64,000 nucleotides of DNA from Phoronis australis (Eukaryota; Animalia; Phoronida): NCBI GenBank assembly GCA_002633005.1, contig NMRA01000227.1:506219-570218 (forward strand), in the 5' to 3' direction. This document shows positions 52,016-64,000 of the stretch, in pieces. The notes below the pieces were generated by a model. That model ran no database searches. It was not told the DNA's origin and saw nothing but the letters and a program-made list of their open reading frames with translations. Every line of letters starts with the position of its first letter. Positions within the stretch are counted from its first letter, which is position 1. Position numbers and translations under genes: made by a program.

Positions 52016-53702
52016 AGGAGAATACCACCCCAAAAACAACCTATTTTGAATCAATTTAGATCGAGTAGTTCTACTCGATAACGGCACGTTCGGTTGCGTT
52101 ACCTGACACTTGACAGCAGACGGAGGTGTTGAAATTATCCAATGACGTAATTGCTTTCATACGCAGTCTGTTCAGCAGTTCACAACACGGGTTAGTGGTG
52201 TCAGCTTATTGCTTGAATTTATCGTTTAACACCAATAAATCATCAAATTTCGATGTAAAACCCTTTAAAATACACCAAGTTGTTATAAAAACGTGTTGTT
52301 TTATTTCGCTGTTGCGGATTTACAGGTATTTGGAAAACACCGTAGCCTAAAAGGTACGGCAGGCCAATTTACCAAGGTCCGTAGCAGGAGTTCGGAGATA
52401 AATTCAAAGTATTCTTCCGTGAAATACAGAAAGGAGAACCTAGATCTGTGTTGTTTATACTTGTGATTTTTTTAGTTCTTAACACACAAAACGCTTGTTA
52501 AACCGGCTCGGAACCCGATCACTAAGCCCGGCGTAGCGGCCGGACTGACTCCACCCGGCCCAGTGACTCGGAACCCGATGAGGCCCGTCGCGGCTGCCGG
52601 GACTGCCACGAACATAAACCAGCTTGAGTTGGAAACTAAACCTCCAGTCACGGAAAGACTATAATAGTGAGCCGAAAAAATAATGTGCACGTAATTATTT
52701 ATGTGAATTAGCCACAAAACTGGAAATCTACTTACCGGTAGCCTACTTGTCGGGGGCCGCGAAGTCAGGTTCCACTTTCACAGACCGTAAGTGCAAAGGT
52801 TGTACAGTAACACTGATTTGAATAGGCCTAATGTATTTGTATTTCTAAATAAAGATTCCCCTAACATGTGATCGAGTAATTGTTTCACAAACGACTGAGC
52901 TTTCTGTCAGCCAACACTGAATTAGCATGCGCTCACACGGCCTCGGTGCGCGGTCAATTACTTTTGTTGCCGGTATCAAAAGCCGGTAACGCAGTGGTTT
53001 CACAAAACATTTGCACTCACGATCACTCCAAGGCATTACAAATTGTATCTAATGAGACAGACTTTTTTCAGTTTTATATAAGCATTGGTTAGGATGAGAA
53101 TAATTCATTTTGAAACAGAACGCAGAATAATAAACGTCTACATGGCAACTCGCCCGGTGCCAATCCCGACTTAGTCAAGAAAGAGCTCGTCCGACGAGGA
53201 CTTCACGGGTCGGATCGTTAGGTTTCACAGGATATCAGTTCAAACCGGAATACACTGATCAAGAAATACTAGAGACGAGGCGCTGTGAACATGCACAGGC
53301 AACGGAACGTATGGATAGTTCTTTGGTAAGCCGGAATTCGTCAGAGAAATCACTGTTGACGATCAAATGCCGGCCACAGACACGGAGATGTTTCACGGCC
53401 TCATACTTGCTATTAACAGCGTACCTTTCATTCTTCACTACCGCGAGCCACTTCCTAAGCATTTCGGGCTCTCCAGGAAGTCGAAAAAACTATATACCCT
53501 ACCCGCTTTCTTCGCAGCTTCATGATAGTTCGGACAAGCGGCACTCTGCAGACGAACCACTGACATCGCTGCGTCGTTTTTCACCTTCCTAACAGGTTAA
53601 CGCGTCACCTCTCGGCAAGGTAAGGTCGACCGTATAAAAGGCGATGTGGATATAGACCGATTAAGACGGTAAAAAACTAATTAAATGGGGTGGCATTCTC
53701 CT
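52016..53702 (-). mobile_element. Kolobok-like DNA transposon (non-autonomous) with THAP remnant
   Basis: TTAA|AGGAGAATACCACCCCA ... TGGGGTGGCATTCTCCT|TTAA (17-bp TIR with 1 mismatch, TTAA TSD). Minus strand 53300-53500 reads FFRLPGEPEMLRKWLAVVKNERY...LRVCGRHL (THAP-like). Confidence 0.85.
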
Positions 53703-53714
53703 TTAAACTTGTTA

Positions 53715-53832
53715 GCACGGCGCATTCAATAGCACGGCCCATTCAATAGCAGGGCCCATTCAATAGCACGGCCCATTCAATAGCACGGCCCATTCAATAG
53801 CACGGCCCATTCAATAGCAGGGCCCATTCAAT
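53715..53832. repeat. Minisatellite, ~17-bp unit x~7
   Basis: attcaatagca(c)ggccc repeated. Confidence 0.95.
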
Positions 53833-56800
53833 GACATTTTCCAATTTGTCATCCACATGACTTGCTATTATGATTGAAGTTCGCGCATGCGTAGATATGA
53901 TCACCTCCGAGGGGAATTTGAATCTACAAAAACATCCCAAGGTTCCGATTAGAGCATCGGATGACAGAATATAGTCACTAAGAACGTCATATTAGGCTCA
54001 AGGGCTACAATAAGAGCAAAAATCTTCGATGAAACCCAGTCAGTTGGGTAAGACTGCTAGCTTTGTTATCCATCCTTAGGAGTGAACTTGGACAGATTGA
54101 TTCATTGTCTCCTTCGTACCAATAACAAAATCAATAATTTTGAAATGCAAATACTATCATGTCTGCACTTAACAAAAACAATCATTTAACATACATAACA
54201 TTAAGATGATGAGTTATTGCGGTTGATAAATAATCCAAACGAGAATCAAAACATCGTTTTATAAATTAGTCTAGTACTATGCATATTTTCTGAAGTCCTA
54301 TGTTGAGGATAAAAAGAAACCTTTATCACGTTTTAGCAATTGATGTTTTGCTGAGTACAGACAAAAACAAGCGATTTTTAGTATGGTCTAGAAAAAATGA
54401 CCGTTTACAGCATTACGAAACCGTCTACAGGAAACTGTAATATGTTAAGCATATATGTTTCAATCAAAAGTCAAAACTCTGTTTCACTTCATTACATCCA
54501 GGTAATTTATGTGTGTATTAAAAAGACAATTCTCGCTTTAGTTTATTCACATCAGTTATAATTACTTCACAATGCTTATAGCACAACGCAATGGCCATCT
54601 ACTAAAATGTACTGGCGAAAATGTCATCTTGAAATTGCCACACTTTTGAGAAAGGCAAATTGCCCAACAGCTCAGCCACTGACCCTCTGTTTTTCTCTTT
54701 CATATCAAACACAAGAGGCCTCAACATAAAATACGAAAGAAAAAATTAGCCGTGTAACTTTTTATGCAGAGGCCAAAACACTAAATTGTATAAAAAAATA
54801 AACGTTTACTTACGCTCTGGAAAGAGAATCAGTATGGCTGGGAATTCAATTTACTGGGTAAGTCGTTAAAACTGGTTTTTCAGTAACCTATGCAAACATC
54901 AGATTTTTGCAAGAAATTTGTTTTATAGAATCCTAGTAGGCAAAGACCAAAGTACAAAGTATCATAATTAACAAATTCAACGATACATTAAAGCACTATC
55001 GAAGCTCATTAAGAACACCTCAAGGCTAGTCTGCACTTATTAGATTTCATTACTTTGCTTCATTCTCAAATCCAAAGGAATTTTGAGCTGATTCAGTCAC
55101 GACAAGGACACGAAGTCCATTTTTGCAGGCTTCATTTGCGCATGTCTCGATTTCAAGTAGGTGGATCAGAGGGTCAACTTTGAAGGCCAGTCTACTTGAA
55201 ATAGTATGAAATCGCTTTTCGCTCTGTTCAGTTGGCTAAAAACTAAAATCGACTTCGTCCATTAATTTCGTGAAATTGATCTCACAATACTCCTTACGCC
55301 AAAGGATTTTATTTCGGTTATCATCAAGAGCATGTAAACCATAAGAGACTCAAGGAAACGCCGTTACAAGTCAGTGGGTTAACCAGCCCTAAATTGCTAA
55401 TTCGAAAATGGCGCATACACACACCCCGGCTTATTCGATAATAATTTTACACCGGATGAGCTGTAACGTTTTTAAACCCCTAAGTGCTTCGGTTATGAAT
55501 TCAACATTGACAGTTACACAGGGACGAAATGCTTATAAAGAGATCCCGCTAGCAGTCAGTTATGACGCATTCAACGATGTCCTTTTAAAGCCCCTTGCAG
55601 TTGTTCCTTATTTGGAGTGAAACTGTTATTTATGCATGTGAGCGATACATGTTAGAATAAAATGGTCTTATTGTGGGAAACACTTTTGCGGAGTCACATC
55701 AAATATTATGAGGCGTTTTTATGGCGTCTTTTTACAGTTTTACGCTGGTATTTAAGGATGGAGTATACCTTTGTTTCTGTTATAGAATGCCCTACTGCGC
55801 TTTCGTTCGATTTCAGTGTGAATAACATCCCCAAGGAGGCGCTGTATGACGATTGAAAGAATTCGAAGGCAAAATGCTGTCGTGTTATTAGTTTCCGAGT
55901 GAAATCACTTAGCTTACCTTCTAGCTGACTCACAAGTCAAGTCAAGTGTCCGTTTTCATTTGTTTTCGTATTTTCTGTTCTGTTTAAGAGTATGTAGTTG
56001 AGTACATGGTGCAAGTTTGCTCTTGACAAATCATACATTAAAGCCACAAACGTTTGTTCAAGCTCGTGACTTCAAAATTCGAATTTGTAACTTTTAAAAA
56101 TATTTGTGTCATCAGTATAATGTTGCAAAGTTATATCTTGTTCAGAATCAAAGACCCTGATTTTAAGTTCATACATAAAAAGTTAGAGTTCTAGATCCGA
56201 CATCATTTTGAAAAATATTTTCCGGAAAACAAATGGTGTAAAATTGATCGTCTGTGGACCACGTGACTAGAAGCCACATGTTATGATAAGAATGCCGAAA
56301 AGCAAAACAGTGCCAACGAGCTGAAGTTCGCAACCTAAGTCAAGAAAACTGTAAGTATGTCGAAACAAAATATGGATGTTGTCAAAACTTTGAAACCAGA
56401 AAGTTGTATAAATGCTGAGCAGACAAGTTTTAAAAGTTTAAGCAAGATTTTGGCGAAAGCAACCTTTCCACGCCGAATTTACAGTTGTTTATATGGACCC
56501 GGTCTACAAATCTAGTATTGGAAAACCACATCTTGAATTAGTAAGAACGGACGCAAAGTTGTAGTTGCTGTATTCATTAGTTGGTAACCCTCACACTTTT
56601 TTAACCTTGACATCAAAAGCTGGTCAAAGTTTACAAAACCCTTCAACTTAAATTTCACACGAAGCTTTTTCGTTACTGCAAAATTGGAACGTGTGTTGTT
56701 CGAGAAGCAAAGCCATTAATACCAGTCTTCTATTTTCACCCAAAGTAAACTACTTAGAAGTAATATTGGTAGGTCCCATAAGGAAACAAACTCTCGCACA

Positions 56801-58368
56801 TAGTTCTTGTTATTACTTCTCACCAAATACGACAGGGCTCTGCAACATTGGAGGGATGGCAATTATGTCTTTGATGACCTCAAGTGAAAGTGATTAGCTT
56901 GCAATGGGCTTTTTACAACGGTGTATGATAATCTTCAGTACTTGATTAGCAAAGAAGTTATTCATGAATGATGCATGAGTTGCTAATCTGAATAAACAAT
57001 CACTCTAAAAGTAATGTCATAACAGTACTTTGCGAGTTCATGTATTAGGGTCAAATCTGAGGGAAATTATTGAAATTTAAAACCCTCTTTGGAAAGAAGT
57101 GCTTTAATAGTTAGAATTTGTAATTAAAGATAAATAACAACACACATTTACCTTGACAGTCCCACCGTCAAAATAGCATACCTGGTCATTCATCATCCAA
57201 GTCGACTTATTAATTACAATGAACAAGGTAGACTTTAGTAACTACATATTTTAACACAGTTTGTTATTTGCAAAGTTAATCAAACGCAGAAGTGATTACA
57301 AACAAAATGTTGTATTGATAAGAATCTATTAGGCTGAAATCCATTTTCAAAACATCAAAGCCCGTCTTCGACAATTTAATGCAAAGAACTGATGGGACGC
57401 AAGGAAACAAACATCTCGAGTCCAGCAGCGAGATAATTTAGCCTATTACGTTAAACTATGCCTCAAATGCGACACCATCCACGGGGTTCAAAATCTTCGC
57501 ATTCAAGCCGATATCTACAAAACTATATTTTCTAACTCAGTATATAATTTATGAAAGCAGAAAGCACATAAAACTCAATTTCTACTAATCTGGCATTAAA
57601 ATACAGCAAAAAGATGCATTGATAGCAAGACAGCAAAGTCAATATCATAATCAAATTTTATGCCCTAAATATTTCGTTTTCACTTTATGCACTTTTTCAG
57701 TATTTTTCATGAAAACCACTCACATTAGTCAGATCAGTCATTTTTGAGATATGATATCTTGATGTCACCACAATTTTGTAGGGTCCTACATAACTTTCAG
57801 CTCGACCTACACAAGCAAACAATACCAAACTATTTTTTCGAAGTTTGGTAATATTTGGTCGTCGGTACACAGTTGGGTAAAATAATAAGTATTAACGGCT
57901 GAAAATTTTGTGGTTATCCATGTTCAAAATGGTAGCCTATATGAAAAAGCTTTGTTGTGTATATCAATAATGACCACAGGCCCAGACACCGTAAGCTTAG
58001 GAGAACAATGTAAAAACGACTGTACACGCCATCGTGGGCGGGGCAACTTTGGTTTCCTTAAATAAGCCTGTATGTTTGTGTTGTTTGCAACTCATTCATA
58101 GTAAGTATAAAAAAATACACCATAATACAAATCATATTAGTGATTGTGTACTAACTTGTCAACTGGTCCAGTCTCATACGTTCTCAGAATTACTTTATTT
58201 ATTTATTTATTTATAAATGTAGTATTTGCAATGAGGGTAGTCCATGGTGGCCCTCAGTAAAAACATACTAGGACAGTATGACAAACAAACAAAAATACAA
58301 AATGAAAGATTTAAATGATGAATGGTGAATATGAAACTAACATGGAAACACTGATGAAACGAAATAGA

Positions 58369-58433
58369 TAATAATAATAGTAATAATAATAATAATAATA
58401 ACAATGATAATAATAATAATAATGATAATAATG
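58369..58433. repeat. (AAT)n microsatellite
   Basis: Direct. Confidence 0.95.
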
Positions 58434-58490
58434 AACAGAAGATACTAAAAGTAAGACTTTACTTGCTTATCATGTATTTTCAAATCTAAA

Positions 58491-60785
58491 AGGGGAATGC
58501 CACCCAAAAACAACCTGTGTTGTATCAGTTTAGATCGAGTAGTTCTGTTGAGCTTCAACTTGGAATCGTGATTCAGCTTGGAATAGAAATCTATTACAAG
58601 TTGACGCAAGTGATCTTGAGATTTAGCAAGCACTTGCGACATCTGCTAACTAAAATTTCGAATGGTGGACACGAATTCGTTTGTTGTGAGTTATTGTTTC
58701 TGTTTTAATTATTTTTATTGCCCATTCTGTATGTTATTCTGGTCTTGGTCAATTGTTTCCAAAGGTGGTTTGACTGGGATGGTTGGGTTTGTGACCGAGG
58801 GGCTGAAATTACTGGCATCCTGGGACTTTTGCAATTAAAAGGATTAAGAATAATAAGAGCTAGGATGTACCGTACCGGGAGGGGTTTTGCATTGAACAGT
58901 TTGTAATGCCCCGTTGTACCTGCCACCTCACTCCCCGTGTATACGCCAGTGCTTGGAGCTCGCAATTTGGTGGAAGTGTTTTCATTTATATCTCACAATG
59001 ACATCGCCAATCCAGCTGCCAGCATGGCCTAAGCAGGGATCTGTAATTTTTTCTTAAAATCTTATCTGATTAAGGAAGAAGTTCAGAGAACGCTTGTTGA
59101 GTAAAAGTGTTATTTTTGGCAAATAAAGTGGAAATACTAATTTCATTTTTAAACGTGCAATTTAAAGAATATTAGTTTTCCATTGGTTTGCTGTGTGATG
59201 TCATCAGGTCTATATAGTGATGACTAAATACAGTTAATAACATTTAACAACTGGACTGGTGGCACACAGTAAAGTTTGATACAAATGTTCCCATGTGAGT
59301 GAGGAGCATACAGAGGTAATGACATATCAACTACCGACAGTAAATCTGGATCCTTGTTCACTTTTCAAAACTCGTTGTATATGTATTTGCCACAGGTATT
59401 ATGCACGTCAACAAAAAAACAATTTTGTCTGTGATGCGTATTTTTGATTGAAGAGTTTTGTGTGTAGTAGTATCGTGTTTGCATAAAAAGAATTTAAACT
59501 ATTCTATTTATTCTAAACAGGTTTCAAACAGCTTCCTGTCTTCCAGAAAGTCACATATAAGAGGAAGAGTCCCTCTCACCTGACGTAGCACGTTCAAGCT
59601 ACTAAATCAGGGACACACAACTGGTCTCATTGACAGCACGTGTTAGTGAAAATCTTTATCGCTTACACAGAATTGGTGATAACCATTCGTGCTACTATGC
59701 CCTGTATGTAGGTCAACAGATTTGCCAAAGATGGAGGACCCCATTTCATTGCTGGTACAGCATTTGAAGCTGCTTGCCAATGAATTACCTTAAATGCAGC
59801 ATATGTTCCTCTCAGGTCTATGTAACCTAATCTGCCTCATAGATCAGTCTATATTTCTTTTATTAAATGGCTACTGATGCTTCTTTAATGCTAAGTTTGA
59901 TGTACTGACATTGTCTGCTTACTTTGTTGTCAGGGTTTGTGATTTTTATGGTATCTGATTGGTCACATTGCTAGTTGCGTGACATCCTGGTGGCGTAAAT
60001 GAAAAGTGTTATTCCACAGGGTGGTGGGTCAAAATTATCAAACTGTGTTCCAGACAATCAGAGGACAGAAGTATCAGTTGTCAGGTAATGAAACAACATG
60101 AGTAACCTAAAATTTAATGTCAGGACATAAGGTTATGTGGCACCTTACTGACAAATATCTATACAAGATCTGAAAGTTTTATTGGAATCCTATCAGCCAT
60201 TTGCAAGATATGTTTTCTGCTTTACCAAGTTTAGACATTTGTCTACGATCTCCCATAACCTTAACCTGATGCTTGAACACTGTTCCTTTACTGCGCAGTG
60301 AGTGATATCGTATAACTGTTGGCCTTCACATATGCCATATGTTGATCACATCAGCTGTTGGCTAACAGGCTAGCAGAGAGTCCTGGTTTCAAACCTTGGT
60401 GGGGACAGAGAGCATTTTAGATGTAACTATGTATCACCTGATGCTAACAAATTGACAGACTTCAACAGAAGTCTCCAAGACTGCCATTTGGATAAACTTC
60501 TTATCAGAATAATTTGTCAGTTTACTGTCGAACTTTTGTCAGAGTTGAATGTCGACATTGTGTCTAGTCCTTAATTTTTTGTTTGTGACTGGTCTTGCGC
60601 AATAAGTTGTTTTTGTTGAGATTTAGCTATAATTGGATTGGATTCTATTAGAAAAGAAACAAATATTTGATTAGTCTTGTCAAATTACGACTTTGTGTAG
60701 TTTAGTTTGAAAAATACTGTATGCCAGCCTTTGTGCCTTTATTGAGTTTGTTTTATGTTGCATTATAATTTGACGGTATTCTCCT
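58491..60785. mobile_element. Second, older Kolobok-like element
   Basis: Left end AGGGGAATGCCACCC-AAAAACAACCT...TTTAGATCGAGTAGTTCT matches 52016-52072; right end GGTATTCTCCT|TTAA; left TSD degenerate (TAAA). Confidence 0.75.
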
Positions 60786-62129
60786 TTAAAGGATTAAACG
60801 TGGCTTATTTCGGCGACAGCGCCGTCGCTTCGCCACAGGAAGTCTGAAATATATAGTTTTGCCTTGTACAAGTCTTTCCAAAATTTCCAACGTACTGCAA
60901 AATTCTACAAAACATGACCAAAAATTTTGCCAGACTTCGCTAGTGTAGACTGGTTATACAATGTAACCAAAACAGAGTCTGAACATGTTCGCAAACAAGT
61001 TAGGCTGAGCTTTGCTCTGACTGTACAACGCAGGCTCTGCCACACCAAGAGTTTTCACTAAGTACTCAAGGAACTTGACGCAAGTAACTCAACTGACTGC
61101 TAACAAAATAGATATTGGAGACACTTGATGCGCAAGTGCACATAGGCCTTGTCATATTGGAGACATGTCCTAGTAAAGTGCTAGGACGTTCTGAGAACAG
61201 GGTGTGACAGTTTTCATTGTGTGTGCGAAGGAGTACCCTTAACTTAATAACTCATGTTTAACACAATACCAGTCATTATAATACCTTAGTACCCCGTCAT
61301 AGAAAAGTGTACCTGGATAGCATTGTATTGGATATTTCAGCACAGTAAACAAATTACCCAACTGTTGATGTTTACTTTTCTGCCATTCTTGAGCGACAGG
61401 ACTCAACTATGCAAGCTCTTAAAAGTTGAATGCATTAGTTGTTCTGTTCCCGGTAGGGTGTCGGCAGAATGCGCGACTATTACTATAGGGAGATCATGTG
61501 TTCAATTACTAGGTCGGGAAGGTGAAGCTTAGAAATAAGAAGAATAGAAATAATTCATAGACTTAAGGACGACTGTCTTGTCGTTATTGCTTAGTCGCAG
61601 ACATTGTGACTATTAGGGGAATTGCAGGCAATTTATTATTGCCAATGAGCAAGCACGCCTGCGAAGAAAGCTGTTGTGTAGTTTATGGAAATTTTAAACT
61701 TAATCGAAATACGGTGCACGGCGTAACCGAAGTACTATCAGCAATGCATACAGAGTAATATATTACCTACGTTGTAGAGTGGTGGCAATGGAGCAGTCAG
61801 TCCCAGTTTTTAGACTGATATCAAAGGCAAATCAAGTATTACTGTTTTATGCTTTTGTTGTTGTCTCGCTTAGCCGAAATGAACTTAGCAGAACAAGGAA
61901 AACCGTAGGTACAATTTATTCGATTACTATTGACAGAAGCAGATTATTCCTGAGGTATTGTACGGCTGCCTATCAGCAGGTATCGGAATGTTCTCCTGTT
62001 GTTGCTATAAAAATGTGTTCATTTTATGAATCTTTCGCAAGCATAGATATACGACGCCGAACATCTCGTCACAACACGTGTGTGTTGTTATCTTTAATGA
62101 ACGTAAAGATGAACCTGATGGTTTTATCA

Positions 62130-63068
62130 GAATATCAACCTGACAGTTACACTGATGGCTCTAAACTTGAAAACGGACAGTCAGGATCAGGAATGTTCTT
62201 TCCAGACCTTGCGGGTGACGACAAAGAAAGCTGGATCTCACTGGGTAACACCGTTACGGTCTTTCAGGCTGAAACTGCGGCCATTCACCAGGCTGCCCAA
62301 CTGGAGCATGAAGCAGTCCTTGGAAACAAGGAACTCTTCATAATCTCAGACAGTCAAGCAACTATTAAAGCTCTAACTTAGTCAAAGATCATCTCTCAAT
62401 GGGCCCAGGCCTGTGTAAACGAGCTTCATCATCTATCAGCTAGCAAAACTCTTCATGGGGACCGCCCATGTTGGCATTGACGGTAACGAAGCTGCTGACA
62501 AACTTGCAAAAGAAGGGGCAAGTAAACCCTGTTTTGAAACAGAACCTTACATACCAGTTGCCTATAGGTGTGCAGAGCAAAGATAAGACACTGGGTGCGC
62601 TAACTTTCCGTGGATGCATGAAAAAAGCTCTCCGCCTGCAGACAAACCAAACAACTTTTTCCAAGTCCTATTCAAGGTTCAAAGAACTTGTTATGTTTAG
62701 AAAGGCTTGCTTTAAAACAGTTGATCCAGGTTACATTACTGCACACTGTGACCTAGCTCGGCACCGTAACATCACAGGCCACATGACATGTTCCGATTTG
62801 CCAACTGTGGCTTGGAGGCCAAAACTCCTTAAAACATCTTGTAGAGATTTGCCTGCCTACAACAAACAACACCGTAATCTACTACTTTATGGACACATAA
62901 CCCGCCTGGTTAGCATTGTTAGTTCATACAGGTTTAATAGCCTTTCTGTCTTTCTGAAACAAACAGGCCGGATTGGAGGAATTTCCCTATGAGGAATCTG
63001 ATTATGTCGTGTCCCCATGAGTCATAATCAGGCGATTAGTGTAATAGGCCCGGCCTCGTGACCTAAAC
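62130..63068 (+). mobile_element. 5'-truncated non-LTR retrotransposon (I/R1/Loa group): RNase H and zinc-knuckle remnant
   Basis: YTDGSK...TVFQAE..AI...IISDSQATIKAL*...HVGIDGNEAADKLAKEG is the LINE RNase H signature; a later ITAHCDLARH segment and a degenerate Cys/His region follow; stops and frameshifts present. Confidence 0.9.
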
Positions 63069-64000
63069 ACGCTTGATGTACCGCAAAAGACATCAGGCCA
63101 CCTGAACTCTTTTTTAACACGGCAGTTCCTCCGAAGAATTCGTTGTCTAGGAATGCACCAAATGTCAATGTCTTTACGATCATAGAATACATAGAGTCCA
63201 TCAACAAGGTTGACGAATCTTTTGACTGTGTTCGGGGTTTTTTGTTTCCAAAGGAGAAAATTTACGACGTACCAATGATGTCTTTTGCTAAAGTTTTCCT
63301 CAGCTGCTTTTCTACAAATACCACGATACAACTCACGCTTTAAAACTTGAATATTTTGGGTGTAGAGAACGATTAGAAGATGCTGGATGTCTGGTGTGTG
63401 TTCACATGAAAACTTCGTGAACGTTTACTGGGGCAAGTTGAGAGCGACGACACTAAACAAGCTTTGTAATCGCTTTTTGAAACTGGAAATGTTAAATTTA
63501 AAGCAAATGTTTTCTCAACCAATAATTATGAATTCCAAGAAAATGCCAAACCCATTTAAATACGTGGAACACCATTAGAGATAAATATACACGTTATTCT
63601 CTTTTACCCGTGTCCTAAAAGAGAGAAAGAGAGAAAACTAATTAAACCTGGAGCAAAGACTTCAACAATAACGATATGACCAAATATAAATAACACTGTT
63701 ACTTATATTAAAAGTCATAACTCTAAATAGACTGTAGTTGCATGCGAGTCAAACAAGTTGCGCGGGGCGTTTTTGAAGTTTTATTTCAACTCGTTACATG
63801 TGTTCAAGATGACCGTCTGTACTGGTACACGCAAAATACTCAGCAACAGTCCACGTACTCATACCTCGCGAAGTAAAACACATGAAGGTAAACTACAAGG
63901 AAAATGGCAAATGACAGTAAACGTTTTTCTTGAGACTCACGCAGTGCAAAAACACATCCGACCAATATAACAATTTTCGCAGCAGTGCATGAACATGGCG

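Noticed and set aside
55400-55935. Cluster of short ORFs
   Set aside because: No recognisable motifs or consistent splice structure.

Overview
This is AT-rich, repeat-dense animal (invertebrate-type) genomic DNA with two assembly gaps (30567-30854, 50213-50642); it is not prokaryotic, and most ORFs in the track are noise. Three genes can be read from splice signals. (1) A + strand gene with 5 coding exons (3742-13339) encodes an ~851-aa protein I cannot assign to a family, with an acidic N-half, short repeated motifs, NLS-like clusters and a helical/coiled-coil C-terminus. (2) A + strand CYP2-clan cytochrome P450 pseudogene (~17285-20206) is broken up by insertions. (3) A - strand trypsin-like S1A serine protease has 5 firm exons (22559-35652), an intact triad, and atypical Phe193, Met215 and a long 60-loop; a TATA/CCAAT/CRE/GC-box promoter at ~49.3 kb and three phase-compatible micro-exons may form a signal-peptide-less N-terminus. 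The rest is transposons (decayed hAT, two Kolobok-like TTAA elements, a P/Galileo-like THAP element, a Helitron, HINE-like elements, an HSE-rich solo LTR, tRNA-derived SINEs, an RNase H LINE 3' end) and minisatellites. I see no convincing new multi-gene system; the best leads are the orphan protein, the unusual protease and its micro-exon leader, and the heat-shock-element LTR. All family calls come from reading motifs by eye, not from database searches.
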